Source: a virus
Taxonomy: Duplodnaviria; Caudoviricetes
IMG/VR virus record: IMGVR_UViG_3300033145_003423
Coordinates: 1 to 52,543 of that record
Direction: 5' to 3' (one strand)
DNA length: 52,543 nucleotides
The notes below the pieces were generated by a model, which searched no databases, was not told the DNA's origin, and worked only from the letters and a program-made list of their open reading frames with translations. Position 1 is the stretch's first letter; every line of letters begins with the position of its first letter. Both the position numbers and the translations under genes were made by a program. Positions 38,808-47,416 of the stretch are shown piece after piece.

Positions 38808-39038
38808 TCACATGCAAGCCTCCAATTCTCTCCTTAATTCCAACCCATCCGCCGATAGTTCGCTTTCCGGGCACTCTACATACACCGCATATAAGTTATC
38901 TATATCATCTTGGACATCTGCCCAAGTATCGCAGTATTCCATGTCCAACAGGGTGTAGGCCCCGGAATATAGCAGCTTGCCTAGATTGCACCGCACTCGA
39001 TGTGAACTGAAGATTGTAAAAAATGCATCCGCTAACAT
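38808..39038 (-). CDS. Hypothetical protein
   Basis: Coupled to upstream gene by overlap. Confidence 0.45.
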   Translation of the reverse strand: MLADAFFTIFSSHRVRCNLGKLLYSGAYTLLDMEYCDTWADVQDDIDNLYAVYVECPESELSADGLELRRELEACM

Positions 39039-39262
39039 TACTGGCGCTCATCCTGTTCTCTGCTCCACTGAATCAATCCCCATATCGCCAAAAGAAAGTA
39101 CACTAGAAACAGGAACGATTGAGCATATAGCCCGGCATTGTAGTCTATTACCATCCATGTGAAATTTGAAAAAATCCACAAAATGAAACACCATGTTTTC
39201 TTATAGATGTTAGCTATCACGCCTATTATCGAGATTAGGGTTATTACCCATGTATAGTCCAT
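39038..39262 (-). CDS. PnuC-like three-helix membrane protein
   Basis: W..W...N..W......GLY....L..VY..LAxWG..QW pattern. Confidence 0.65.
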   Translation of the reverse strand: MDYTWVITLISIIGVIANIYKKTWCFILWIFSNFTWMVIDYNAGLYAQSFLFLVYFLLAIWGLIQWSREQDERQ

Positions 39263-39266
39263 TAGT

Positions 39267-39784
39267 TCACCTCAAACAATCTGCCCTGTATTTAGACGGC
39301 CTGTACTCGCTCACTAGTTTATGCACAACTTTTTCCCAAAATCTTTCCATATCACTGCAACACAAAGCATATTCATTGAAAACGCAAGTTCTTTCCTGCT
39401 GTTCGCGAACATCGTTTACTATTTTTAGCTCAAGATATCTGATTTAATATCAATCATTAAACCCTTTAAACGTATCCATGCTTCATTTTTTAACACAATG
39501 TCTCCCCATGCATCTGGATAAACGAACTTTTCTTTCTTGCTTTTTTCACAATATTTATTCGCTAACGCACCTAACGGCTTACCAATGTCTTCCCGAGGTA
39601 ATTTTAAGCTAGAACTGAAGTAATCTTTATGTCGAACCCACACATCATCACCAATAACAAAAACACCACACTTACATTTTTTAAGAATATAATCTATCGA
39701 AAATGTTTGCTTAATACCTTTTAATTCTTTTGGTTTCTTTAATTTTGGTTGACCATAAAAACGAGGATAATGGATAAACTCCAT
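39267..39784 (-). pseudogene. Hypothetical protein, probably frameshifted near 39430
   Basis: 119-aa ORF stops at 39425; another frame continues ~55 aa (KIVNDVREQQ...MERFWEKV) to a TGA near 39267. Confidence 0.4.
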
Positions 39785-39821
39785 CCAATCCCTCCTATAC
39801 GGAAGGGGCAGGGCTTAACCC

Positions 39822-39960
39822 TGTAATTCTTCCAGAAAATAGTGACCACTCCCCCACTTACTCTTGAAGTCGGGGCTTCTCGGTTCATCGAGTTCGTAAC
39901 CTGCACTCTCACCGAAGGCACGATCCATGCCTGTATTATTTTTATGACTACTAAGCAGCT
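39822..39960 (-). ncRNA. Putative TnpB omega/reRNA (boundaries approximate); guide from flank TATTTTCTGGAAGAATTACA
   Basis: Position between tnpB 3' end and right end; structured right end. Confidence 0.55.
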
Positions 39961-41045
39961 ATTTGTGCTAATCCTCTGTTTAATATATTGATAGCTGCGT
40001 TTACGTCCCTGTCAATTTCCAAGCCACAATACGGACATTTATGAGTTCTAACTGACAAAGCTTTTTTAACTATTTCACCGCAACCGCTACATATCTGGCT
40101 GGTGTACTTAGGGTCTACTGCAATAACTCTCTTGCCTGGCGCTTGTTTAGCCTTTGCTTCTAAGATATTGAAGAAGATTCCCCAGCCTGCATCAGATATG
40201 GATTTAGCTAAGCAGTGATTTTTAACCATATTGTTTATTTTTAAATCTTCACGAACAATAGTGTCATAGTTAGTTAATAAGTGACTAGCTACCTTATAAG
40301 CATTGTCTTTACGTTTATTGGAGATATGCTCATGAGTTTTGGCAAGTATAGTAACTGCCTTTTTACGTCTGTTAGAACCTTTTCTCTTGCGGCTGACTGA
40401 TTGACTTTGTTTCTTTAATTTAGATTCAGCTTTACGGTAGTTCTTGGGGTTAGGAATTAATTCGCCATCAGATGTAATTACGAATTCCTTAATACCCATA
40501 TCTATACCAGTATCCTGGTATGTTAGAGGAATCACCTTTTGTTCTACCTCACAGGAAAAACAGACATAATACCTTCCGTTCTTTCTGACAATGGTACAGG
40601 TTTTAATATTACCCTCTACTGCTCGGTGCAATTTTACTTTCACATTACCGATTTTGGATAGCTGTAGGTGCTTGCCCGAAAGTGCAAAACCACTCTGAGG
40701 GTAAGTAAAACTGTTGTACCTTTTATAGCTCTGAAACCTTGGAAAACCAGCTTTTTCACCTTGCTTAAGCCTACGAAAGAAATTTTGATATGCTCTGTCT
40801 AATCGTTTTAATACGTCTTGTAGGACTTGTGACTGTACGGTTTTATATTCCGGCAATACATTCTTGATTTTTGGTAATTCGTTTTGTTGGTTATAATAAC
40901 TAATGTTAATTCCACAATGCTTATATAGGTAGATACGGTGTTCTAAAGCACAATTGTATAGACGCTGGCATAGTGTAACTGTCTGATCTATAACTTCTCT
41001 CTGCTTTTTAGTTGGATATATTCGGTACTTATAGGTTTTTATCAT
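39951..41045 (-). CDS. tnpB: TnpB RNA-guided endonuclease
   Basis: YKYRIYPT, GFPRF, RuvC GIDMG / EDL / DRDVNAA, CxxC..CxxC zinc finger; ATG at 41045 after AGGAGG. Confidence 0.95.
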   Translation of the reverse strand: MIKTYKYRIYPTKKQREVIDQTVTLCQRLYNCALEHRIYLYKHCGINISYYNQQNELPKIKNVLPEYKTVQSQVLQDVLKRLDRAYQNFFRRLKQGEKAGFPRFQSYKRYNSFTYPQSGFALSGKHLQLSKIGNVKVKLHRAVEGNIKTCTIVRKNGRYYVCFSCEVEQKVIPLTYQDTGIDMGIKEFVITSDGELIPNPKNYRKAESKLKKQSQSVSRKRKGSNRRKKAVTILAKTHEHISNKRKDNAYKVASHLLTNYDTIVREDLKINNMVKNHCLAKSISDAGWGIFFNILEAKAKQAPGKRVIAVDPKYTSQICSGCGEIVKKALSVRTHKCPYCGLEIDRDVNAAINILNRGLAQIAA

Positions 41046-41064
41046 CTTTTCACCTCCTATGTAT

Positions 41065-41115
41065 ATCATATAATAGTTACATAACCTTGTCAACATTATT
41101 TATATATAGTATTAT
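41065..41115. promoter_or_regulatory. Divergent sigmaA promoters with overlapping -35 boxes
   Basis: Minus TTGACA-17-TATGAT; plus TTGTCA-17-TATTAT. Confidence 0.6.
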
Positions 41116-41135
41116 AATTATTGGAGGTGTTTAAT

Positions 41136-41279
41136 ATGACGATTTCAGATAAGAATACAAGAATATTGGTTATTATCCCAAAGGAACTAAAAAAGCAATT
41201 AGAACAAAAAGCTAAAGAAAACAATCGTTCAGTTAGTAACTATGTTGTAACTCTCATACAAAAAGATGTTAGCAAATAA
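41136..41279 (+). CDS. Ribbon-helix-helix (Arc/CopG-like) protein (not in ORF track)
   Basis: MTISDKNTRILVIIPKELKKQLEQKAKENNRSVSNYV...; RBS GGAGGTG. Confidence 0.8.
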   Translation: MTISDKNTRILVIIPKELKKQLEQKAKENNRSVSNYVVTLIQKDVSK

Positions 41280-41737
41280 GAACTTCGGCATTTATCCCCC
41301 ACCTACATTAACAATTAGAGGTGGGGGTATTCTGCCTTAGTCAATATAAACCCATTACCAAGCGGTAGGGTAACACCGCAATTCGGCTCGCGAAAACCTA
41401 GATAATGGGCATAAAAAAAGACGCTATTAAAACGCCCTTTGTTATCTTAATTAGTTATCAAAACCTGATGCCATATGGCTACAATACCTGATGCGAAACC
41501 ACTACAGGTTAAAAACCATCTCAAACGTCGAACACTCTAAGGCTAGACTCGATTTTAAGAAGAAATTTATCTCTTTATCTATGCGTTCTATTTCTCTTTA
41601 TATTTGCTCTTTTTCTTGGGAATATAACCGCAAACATCAAACACTTTATGCTCGTTTATATCTTTCATTTTGCGCCCGTTAAAGGCTATATGAGAATTGA
41701 GCATATACGAATTGCCTCTGCCTGAGCCATTCTTTAC

Positions 41738-42382
41738 CTAATGCAATAACATGCTTGTCTTTTTGCCGTTTACATTCAACACCCTCAACTTCTTTAATTG
41801 TTCTCTAGCTTTTCCAACCTTCGTATCTCTTTCGCTATAAAACATGGTTTTAAAGATTCCGTATTGTGTTATATCCCCACCATTCCAGTATATTTCGGGG
41901 TTAATGCAGTATTTCTTACACCCTCCGCTTTCACCGCGAAAGATTAAGTTTTTATCCATCAGTGATTTAAGTATTCGCTTTGTTTGTCGTTCTTCACGAT
42001 TTATTATCCTAGCTATATCCTCTGTCTCTAATGGCTTCGATTGTAACCCCTTGTGCTTGCTAACTAAAAAATTAGAGTTGATTTCACAGTAAGGAAATAA
42101 AAGCGTTATACAATAAACTTCATTAGGATTTAAGGCTTTTCTCATACCTATCTCCTCCCAAACCTCGCCATAAAACTTAGTAAACTTCTTGCGTTCTTTC
42201 TGCTTCTTGGGTTTTACTTTCTTGTCTTCATCTTGAAAACTCGCATCGTTAAACGCTTTGCTCTGAATATATGTATACCCTGGTTCTGGAGGTGCCATCA
42301 GTACATATCCTTTAAGGGCCGCCTGGGCTGCCAGTTCGCGTAAATTATCCGTTACAATCACCACCATTTCGGGCGCGGACAA
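41738..42382 (-). CDS. RepL-like winged-helix protein
   Basis: FTKF..., HTH, LxDKNLI...YxINPxxxWNG wing. Confidence 0.55.
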   Translation of the reverse strand: MSAPEMVVIVTDNLRELAAQAALKGYVLMAPPEPGYTYIQSKAFNDASFQDEDKKVKPKKQKERKKFTKFYGEVWEEIGMRKALNPNEVYCITLLFPYCEINSNFLVSKHKGLQSKPLETEDIARIINREERQTKRILKSLMDKNLIFRGESGGCKKYCINPEIYWNGGDITQYGIFKTMFYSERDTKVGKAREQLKKLRVLNVNGKKTSMLLH

Positions 42383-42607
42383 AAATGTCCTGAATTCGGC
42401 CTTTTGAGTGACAAAAATGTCATGCCCCTAATTACCACTACATAGCCATTAGGTGCGAAATTAACTGCGTTTTGTTCTTACTTCTTATATGTACAAGATA
42501 TAAAACAACTTATAGTACCCATATTTTTTCAGAAAAATATTTTAAAATCCTGTTTGCAGGTAATACCCCCTCATAAAACATAAACCTCCAGGAATCATAC
42601 CGGGGGT

Positions 42608-42739
42608 CTATACTTTATATATTTCTTCTTCAATCGCATCAAGGACTTTGTTAATACGATCTTTAATGTCTGGACGCTCCGCTATCTTTTTTAATTCGTG
42701 AAGATAAGCCATTAAAAATTGAACTCTAAGTTCATTCAT
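42608..42739 (-). CDS. 43-aa hypothetical protein (not in ORF track)
   Basis: AAGGAGG RBS; MNELRVQFLMAYLHEL...; hairpin after stop. Confidence 0.5.
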   Translation of the reverse strand: MNELRVQFLMAYLHELKKIAERPDIKDRINKVLDAIEEEIYKV

Positions 42740-42859
42740 ACTGCGTTCCTCCTTTTATTGGCATATTATGGAAAAGAAACTTAGTTTGTTGTGTGTTTAA
42801 AAAAATATATTTGGGGTCGCGTGTAAGCACTAACGTCAAATAAACGACCCCGGGGGGGT

Positions 42860-43171
42860 CTATGTTTCATCGAACAACTCGATTAACGCCTCAACCCATT
42901 CAATATATTCTTGGTGTGTCATTTGTTCTCGGTAGGGTTCACCTTTGTTGTTAGCACTTATTCCACCAAGTCCAATATACTTTACGTCGGTATATCCCTC
43001 TTTTATGTAATCCCATAAATCGTCATAATCGCTGGTCAACACCACGTCATGCCCGCTATGAAAACAATCTGCCCATTTGTTGTGAACGAAGTCCATTAAA
43101 TCTTTACCCCAACGCTCATGGTCTTGGTACACACGACAAGTTTTGCAGTAACTTATGTAATCAATTCCCAC
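42860..43171 (-). CDS. Hypothetical protein
   Basis: GTG at 43171 after AAGGAGG. Confidence 0.5.
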   Translation of the reverse strand: MGIDYISYCKTCRVYQDHERWGKDLMDFVHNKWADCFHSGHDVVLTSDYDDLWDYIKEGYTDVKYIGLGGISANNKGEPYREQMTHQEYIEWVEALIELFDET

Positions 43172-43519
43172 TTTTTTTCCTCCTTGATTATTGTGATGGG
43201 ATATTTTTTTTGGGGATGAGCGCACATATACTATATATACATATATACGAGGGGGGGAGGTGCTGCACCGGGGGTCTGTTTGGTATCGTGCACTCTGCCG
43301 CATGCCCCTCCTGGCTCACACCCTGCCCCTTTTTGACTATGCGGGCAGGGAACACTGTAATGTAGCAGGCAAAACACCACTGACTACTGTAATATGAGTA
43401 GAATACAAGGTAAACATAAAATAGTACCGATAAGCATGAAAATGGGTATTATTTCTGCTGGTTTTGGACTGATAACAGACTAAATATACAATACTATTGC
43501 ATAATCCGGCTGTCGTGGA

Positions 43520-43972
43520 CTATTTTGCCCAGTCATCCAGGTCAGGATTTGCGAATGTAACTGTAATATCACCGGAAACGTTTGTGTCTATCTCCTGTTT
43601 GTCCCGCCAGTCATAGTTATTTTTGAGGCTAAACATGATGCCTTGCGCTGATTTGGCAGTAAACAATGACTCCGCCGCAAAACTCTCTATTTTAGCCTTC
43701 GCGCGCGATATTGCGTCATGATACTCAATGCCATAATTGTCCTGATAAGTCATTAAAGTTTGTCTGTTTGTCCCCATAAACACCGCTAATCCCGACACTG
43801 TAAGCGGTTTAATGTTTTGCTGATACTTGTCTCCATTGTCGTCTATCTTTGTAATATAGCAGCTATCAAAGTAATCCTGTATAACTGCCTCTAAAACCTC
43901 CGGTGTCTCAAATTTACGTGGTTTACCGCCATGGTTGCCGATCGCATTTTTATTATTTCTAGGTGCCGCCAT
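43520..43972 (-). CDS. terS: Terminase small subunit
   Basis: PRKFETPExL...YF, PLTVSGLA.FMG..RQTL..Y, FSLKNNY.WRDK. Confidence 0.88.
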   Translation of the reverse strand: MAAPRNNKNAIGNHGGKPRKFETPEVLEAVIQDYFDSCYITKIDDNGDKYQQNIKPLTVSGLAVFMGTNRQTLMTYQDNYGIEYHDAISRAKAKIESFAAESLFTAKSAQGIMFSLKNNYDWRDKQEIDTNVSGDITVTFANPDLDDWAK

Positions 43973-44245
43973 TGTGATCACCCCCAATCATTTTTATCAT
44001 CTATTATATATGTAAGCTAATTTTATCTTTTTTGGTGAACAAGGTTTATCCCTCGCTCACCAATTTTTACCGTCGTTTTGGTCTATAACTTTTAAAAAAG
44101 AATAATTTTGTAAACCAGGTTTCCCTTTCCTTTTCTCCCTAGTACCCTCATATCTATTCTCTTCCTATACACTCAATTCTCTTCTAATCATATCTATTCT
44201 TCTCTCTTCGCATACCATATGCAATGCATTTGCATACCATTTGCA

Positions 44246-44623
44246 TTACCTGTCTTTCCATCGAGTATTTGCAGCTTCTCTTCTTTTTTCCACTATCTCA
44301 TCATAAGCCTTCATTTTTCCCAAAAGAATCGGGCTCCAAAAAGTTTCCCCGTCTGACTCAAAGAGTTCAAATTCTTCTATGCAATCGCCTATAAACTCCT
44401 GCATTTTGTCTGTATCGGCGTCTAATTCCTTCGCTATGCCCTTCATTGCATACTTTCCTACTAATTTAAGTCGGTAGTTTTCAGATTCTCTCATCATCTC
44501 TAACAGCATCCAATACCATCCATAACCTTCTGCACCATAAATTGTACGCATAGTAAGCGTTTTTTGTTCTCTACGTGCGTTTCCTTCGTGTTTAAACCAA
44601 TATACTTCCTGTTTTCTTGCCAC
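44246..44623 (-). CDS. DUF4373 N-terminal-domain-only paralog of 1-861
   Basis: GAEGYGWYWMLLEMMRE, GKY, FIxDCIxEFxLxExDG..FWS shared with ORF 1. Confidence 0.75.
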   Translation of the reverse strand: MARKQEVYWFKHEGNARREQKTLTMRTIYGAEGYGWYWMLLEMMRESENYRLKLVGKYAMKGIAKELDADTDKMQEFIGDCIEEFELFESDGETFWSPILLGKMKAYDEIVEKRREAANTRWKDR

Positions 44624-44625
44624 AA

Positions 44626-45375
44626 TTACACAACCCCTTTTGCATTTTTGTAAAGGGGTCTCGGTTTAGTAAATTTTATGCCAGGTAGTTTAATTGTTGG
44701 TAAATCATCGTTCACCCCGCTGCTATTAGCTGGCGGTTTTAATGTTGCTATATAATATAATTCATATATGTCTGTATCGGATTTATTGCTTAGCAAGCTA
44801 TATGCAAAGTATCGCGCTTTCCTTTCGCCAGAAGACGTTGCAATTCTTCTACCTAAATCATAACTTTTACCTATATAAAGCAATTCTTTTTTACTATCGT
44901 AAAGCTTGTACAATCCAGATTTCGAAAATAATCCCATTAATATTTCTAATGTTTTTTCGCTTAATTCGAGCGTTGCCTTGCTCACTTTATCTTTATATGA
45001 TGCATCTTGCCGAATAGAATTTACGCCCATAAAAGGTTTGCCATATTTCGAAAATTCCGAACACAACAAAGCTGCTTGTTTATCTAGTTCTAACATAGAT
45101 ATGTAGTTTTTAATAATGTTATCAACGTCCATTAACAACGCTTTCGTTTCTTCGCCGTTAACACACTTAGAAAGCCTAAACGAAAACACATTAACAGGCT
45201 GTCTGAGACAATATTCATGAATAGAACCTACATTTTCTTCATTAAAGCAATAAAGTTTATTTGTTTCTTCAAGAAGCAACTTCTTTAATTCTTCATTAAC
45301 GTCAACACCGTTATTAAGGGTTATTTTCCTGCAATAATAAAAGTAATGCATATGATTCTGGTAACGTTTATTCAT
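44626..45375 (-). CDS. GIY-YIG nuclease family protein
   Basis: SGLYKLY...LLYIGKS..L..R, E..YI..LKP..N. Confidence 0.75.
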   Translation of the reverse strand: MNKRYQNHMHYFYYCRKITLNNGVDVNEELKKLLLEETNKLYCFNEENVGSIHEYCLRQPVNVFSFRLSKCVNGEETKALLMDVDNIIKNYISMLELDKQAALLCSEFSKYGKPFMGVNSIRQDASYKDKVSKATLELSEKTLEILMGLFSKSGLYKLYDSKKELLYIGKSYDLGRRIATSSGERKARYFAYSLLSNKSDTDIYELYYIATLKPPANSSGVNDDLPTIKLPGIKFTKPRPLYKNAKGVV

Positions 45376-45384
45376 TTTTCACCT

Positions 45385-45473
45385 GTCCTTTCAGTGCGTC
45401 CTAAATAAGGTTAAACCCTAGTTGAGGGGCGGTAGGACATCCGCTTTTCGCTAGCTAAGCTATCAACCAGGGC
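45385..45473 (-). ncRNA. Structured leader RNA (three-way junction plus possible pseudoknot)
   Basis: P1 GCCCTGGTTGA/TCAACTAGGGT, GCGG-ATGTCCTA-CCGC loop complementary to downstream TAGGACG; related copy at 41350-41410. Confidence 0.45.
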
Positions 45474-45505
45474 ATATAAAAAGCACCGGCTCTCGCCGAT
45501 GCTAT

Positions 45506-45688
45506 CTACCTATGATAAATCCTTATTTTCGTATCCCGGAAAATCCTATCCTCAAGCTTGAGCGTTCCGGGCTTCTCTTTTGCTTCCGTTGCCGGTGCTG
45601 GCTCTTCTTTTCTGTTTGCCACCTCCACCAGCTCCCGGATTTGATCTAGGTAGTTTATGATTTTCTTTTTTGCCATAATTCCCTCCAC
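45506..45688 (-). CDS. Hypothetical protein, first gene of late block
   Basis: RBS GGAGG before ATG at 45676. Confidence 0.45.
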   Translation of the reverse strand: MEGIMAKKKIINYLDQIRELVEVANRKEEPAPATEAKEKPGTLKLEDRIFRDTKIRIYHR

Positions 45689-45765
45689 GCAAAAAAGCCC
45701 CGCTGCCGGGGACTCCTTGCTACCGCAATATTGTATATTACCATTTTACGCCTTTTTTCCGCCCG

Positions 45766-45796
45766 TTTGGTCCCCTGTTTGTCCCCTTTTTGTCCC
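45766..45796 (-). promoter_or_regulatory. Three GGGAC(A/C)AA repeats, putative late-activator binding site
   Basis: ~11-12 bp periodic repeats upstream of a TAAAAT -10-like box at the head of the late operon. Confidence 0.5.
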
Positions 45797-45843
45797 ATCC
45801 AGAAAAAAGCATGGTTGCGTCTCTACTATATATAGCTTGCGTT

Positions 45844-45872
45844 TTGACACACGTACCGTATCGTAATATACT
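45844..45872 (+). promoter_or_regulatory. sigmaA promoter
   Basis: TTGACA-17-TATACT. Confidence 0.75.
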
Positions 45873-45898
45873 ATATAAGAAGAGAGGAGATGATCGCA

Positions 45899-46063
45899 AT
45901 GGCAAAGGCAAAATTGATATTTGATGTTCACCCGGGCGAAAAAGAGTGGCTAGAAAATGTAGTACTGGCAGCGGAGCCAGGGCAAACCAAAATTGGCCTC
46001 TTTCGGCAGCTGCTAGATAGATATGCTGCCGAAAAGGGACTCCCATCGCGGCCAAAAAAATAA
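45899..46063 (+). CDS. 54-aa protein, possibly RHH-type regulator (not in ORF track)
   Basis: MAKAKLIFDVHPGEKEWLE...LFRQLLDRYA; own promoter, RBS and terminator. Confidence 0.55.
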   Translation: MAKAKLIFDVHPGEKEWLENVVLAAEPGQTKIGLFRQLLDRYAAEKGLPSRPKK

Positions 46064-46154
46064 TTCCAAAATAATTTAATGAATTTTCACCAAAAAGCCT
46101 GCAATGCCCAATATTGTGGGCTTTTCTTGTACTCAAAAATAATTCATTTTCCCC

Positions 46155-46183
46155 TTGCAATGCACCACGCCACGTGCTATACT
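46155..46183 (+). promoter_or_regulatory. Strong sigmaA early promoter
   Basis: TTGCAA-17-TATACT with extended -10 TG and AT-rich UP region. Confidence 0.75.
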
Positions 46184-46299
46184 TATATCAGATCAAGGGA
46201 GCAGGCAAAGCACCGCGACAGGGCCTTTGAGCAGACGGCGGCAGTAACCTAAACTCCCAGCAACCCGGACGAGACGCAACCGACCGGCAAGCCCGGCAG

Positions 46300-46313
46300 G
46301 CTCTTTGAAAACT
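46300..46313 (+). promoter_or_regulatory. rrn-type boxA antitermination element
   Basis: GCTCTTTGAAAACT inside a ~320-nt untranslated leader. Confidence 0.6.
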
Positions 46314-46508
46314 AAATCCCCGTAAACCGCAAGTACACGGTATACCTGGTCAACAGCCTGACGGAGAAACAGTTCATAGGAGTACCCGTCAAACCCCAAC
46401 ACATAGCCGGTCAGGACACAAAGGAGAAAGCGGGAATCAAACCGGGCGCAAGAATCCCGAAGCAAGCCACAAGGTTTGTTTGAGGATTTTTGAAAAGGAG
46501 GCGGAAAC

Positions 46509-46673
46509 ATGCATTATATAGCATTGTTTGACGGAATGGAATGGCACGTAGGCACAGTACCAGCGATGCTGGCAGACTCAGAAGACGCTAGCAAGGTAGT
46601 GAGCAGCAAAGCAGAATGTGAAGCAATATGCGCACAGCGCAACGCAGACGGAATAGAGCCAGAAGGCTGGTAG
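46509..46673 (+). CDS. 54-aa early protein (not in ORF track)
   Basis: AAGGAGG RBS; MHYIALFDGMEWHVG... Confidence 0.55.
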   Translation: MHYIALFDGMEWHVGTVPAMLADSEDASKVVSSKAECEAICAQRNADGIEPEGW

Positions 46674-46716
46674 CTAACAGATAACAAACAAGCCGGGGCC
46701 GGCAGAAAGGGGTAAT

Positions 46717-46878
46717 ATGAAACATTTGATAATGTACAGCAGCACAAAGAATCGTTGGCAGTATTGCCGGCGAGTTGGAAAAAACGAGCTAGCTAATCTG
46801 ACCGCCCGCAACATGCAAATCCTGGAGGGCAGCAAAGCCGAGGTAATTGCACAGCTGGACAGTATAGCAAGGCCATAG
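46717..46878 (+). CDS. 53-aa early protein (not in ORF track)
   Basis: AAGGGG RBS; MKHLIMYSSTKNRWQY... Confidence 0.55.
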   Translation: MKHLIMYSSTKNRWQYCRRVGKNELANLTARNMQILEGSKAEVIAQLDSIARP

Positions 46879-46920
46879 CCAGCCCGCCGGAGCTTATCCG
46901 GCAGAGAGGGGAATGAAAAT

Positions 46921-47343
46921 ATGAGTAACTTTTTAAAAACAAAATATAGCAAAGCCCTAGAAATCATTGAGGAAACCGGAAAACTTAAAACGGAAACAAT
47001 AGACGATGGCGATATCGGATTTTTATGGACGGAAATCCAGAATGCAGGCTATGAAGTAGAACTCAGCTCCAGTACTGACTACCTGCTCTGCACCCCAAAG
47101 AAATTTACAGGGCCGTGGGAGCGGGAGGGATACTCAGTAGAAATGCGGGATTTTGATTACGACCTGAAGCAATTTGCAGTAATCGTACTGGGCAAAAAAG
47201 AACAGCTTATTATTCCCGGCAGCATCGAGAGCATGAACAGCATCATTGAGGACCTCAATAACGGCGAGGACGTCGACGGCTGGGAGGATGGCATGGGCAA
47301 CACCATTTATACCGACCCGGAATTTTTGGAGGATGCAGAATAA
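46921..47343 (+). CDS. Acidic early hypothetical protein
   Basis: GWEDGxGN motif; RBS. Confidence 0.6.
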   Translation: MSNFLKTKYSKALEIIEETGKLKTETIDDGDIGFLWTEIQNAGYEVELSSSTDYLLCTPKKFTGPWEREGYSVEMRDFDYDLKQFAVIVLGKKEQLIIPGSIESMNSIIEDLNNGEDVDGWEDGMGNTIYTDPEFLEDAE

Positions 47344-47416
47344 AACCACTTTTTAGCATACCTGGGGCTCCGGCCCCAAAGGAAGCCAACAACCGGCAGG
47401 AAAGGAGAGATATATA

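Larger units (their letters stand above)
39842..41339 (-). mobile_element. Non-autonomous IS200/IS605-family element (tnpB plus divergent RHH gene, no tnpA)
   Basis: Left-end hairpin GGCAGAATACCCCCACCT..AGGTGGGGGATAAATGCC after TTGAC; right-end hairpin CCCCGACTT..AAGTGGGGG ending TCAC. Confidence 0.75.

Noticed and set aside
36610-41347. ATATTGAC occurs both at the terL frameshift and at the TnpB left junction
   Set aside because: Only 8 bp, and I know no IS605 mechanism that would add 4 nt; likely chance.
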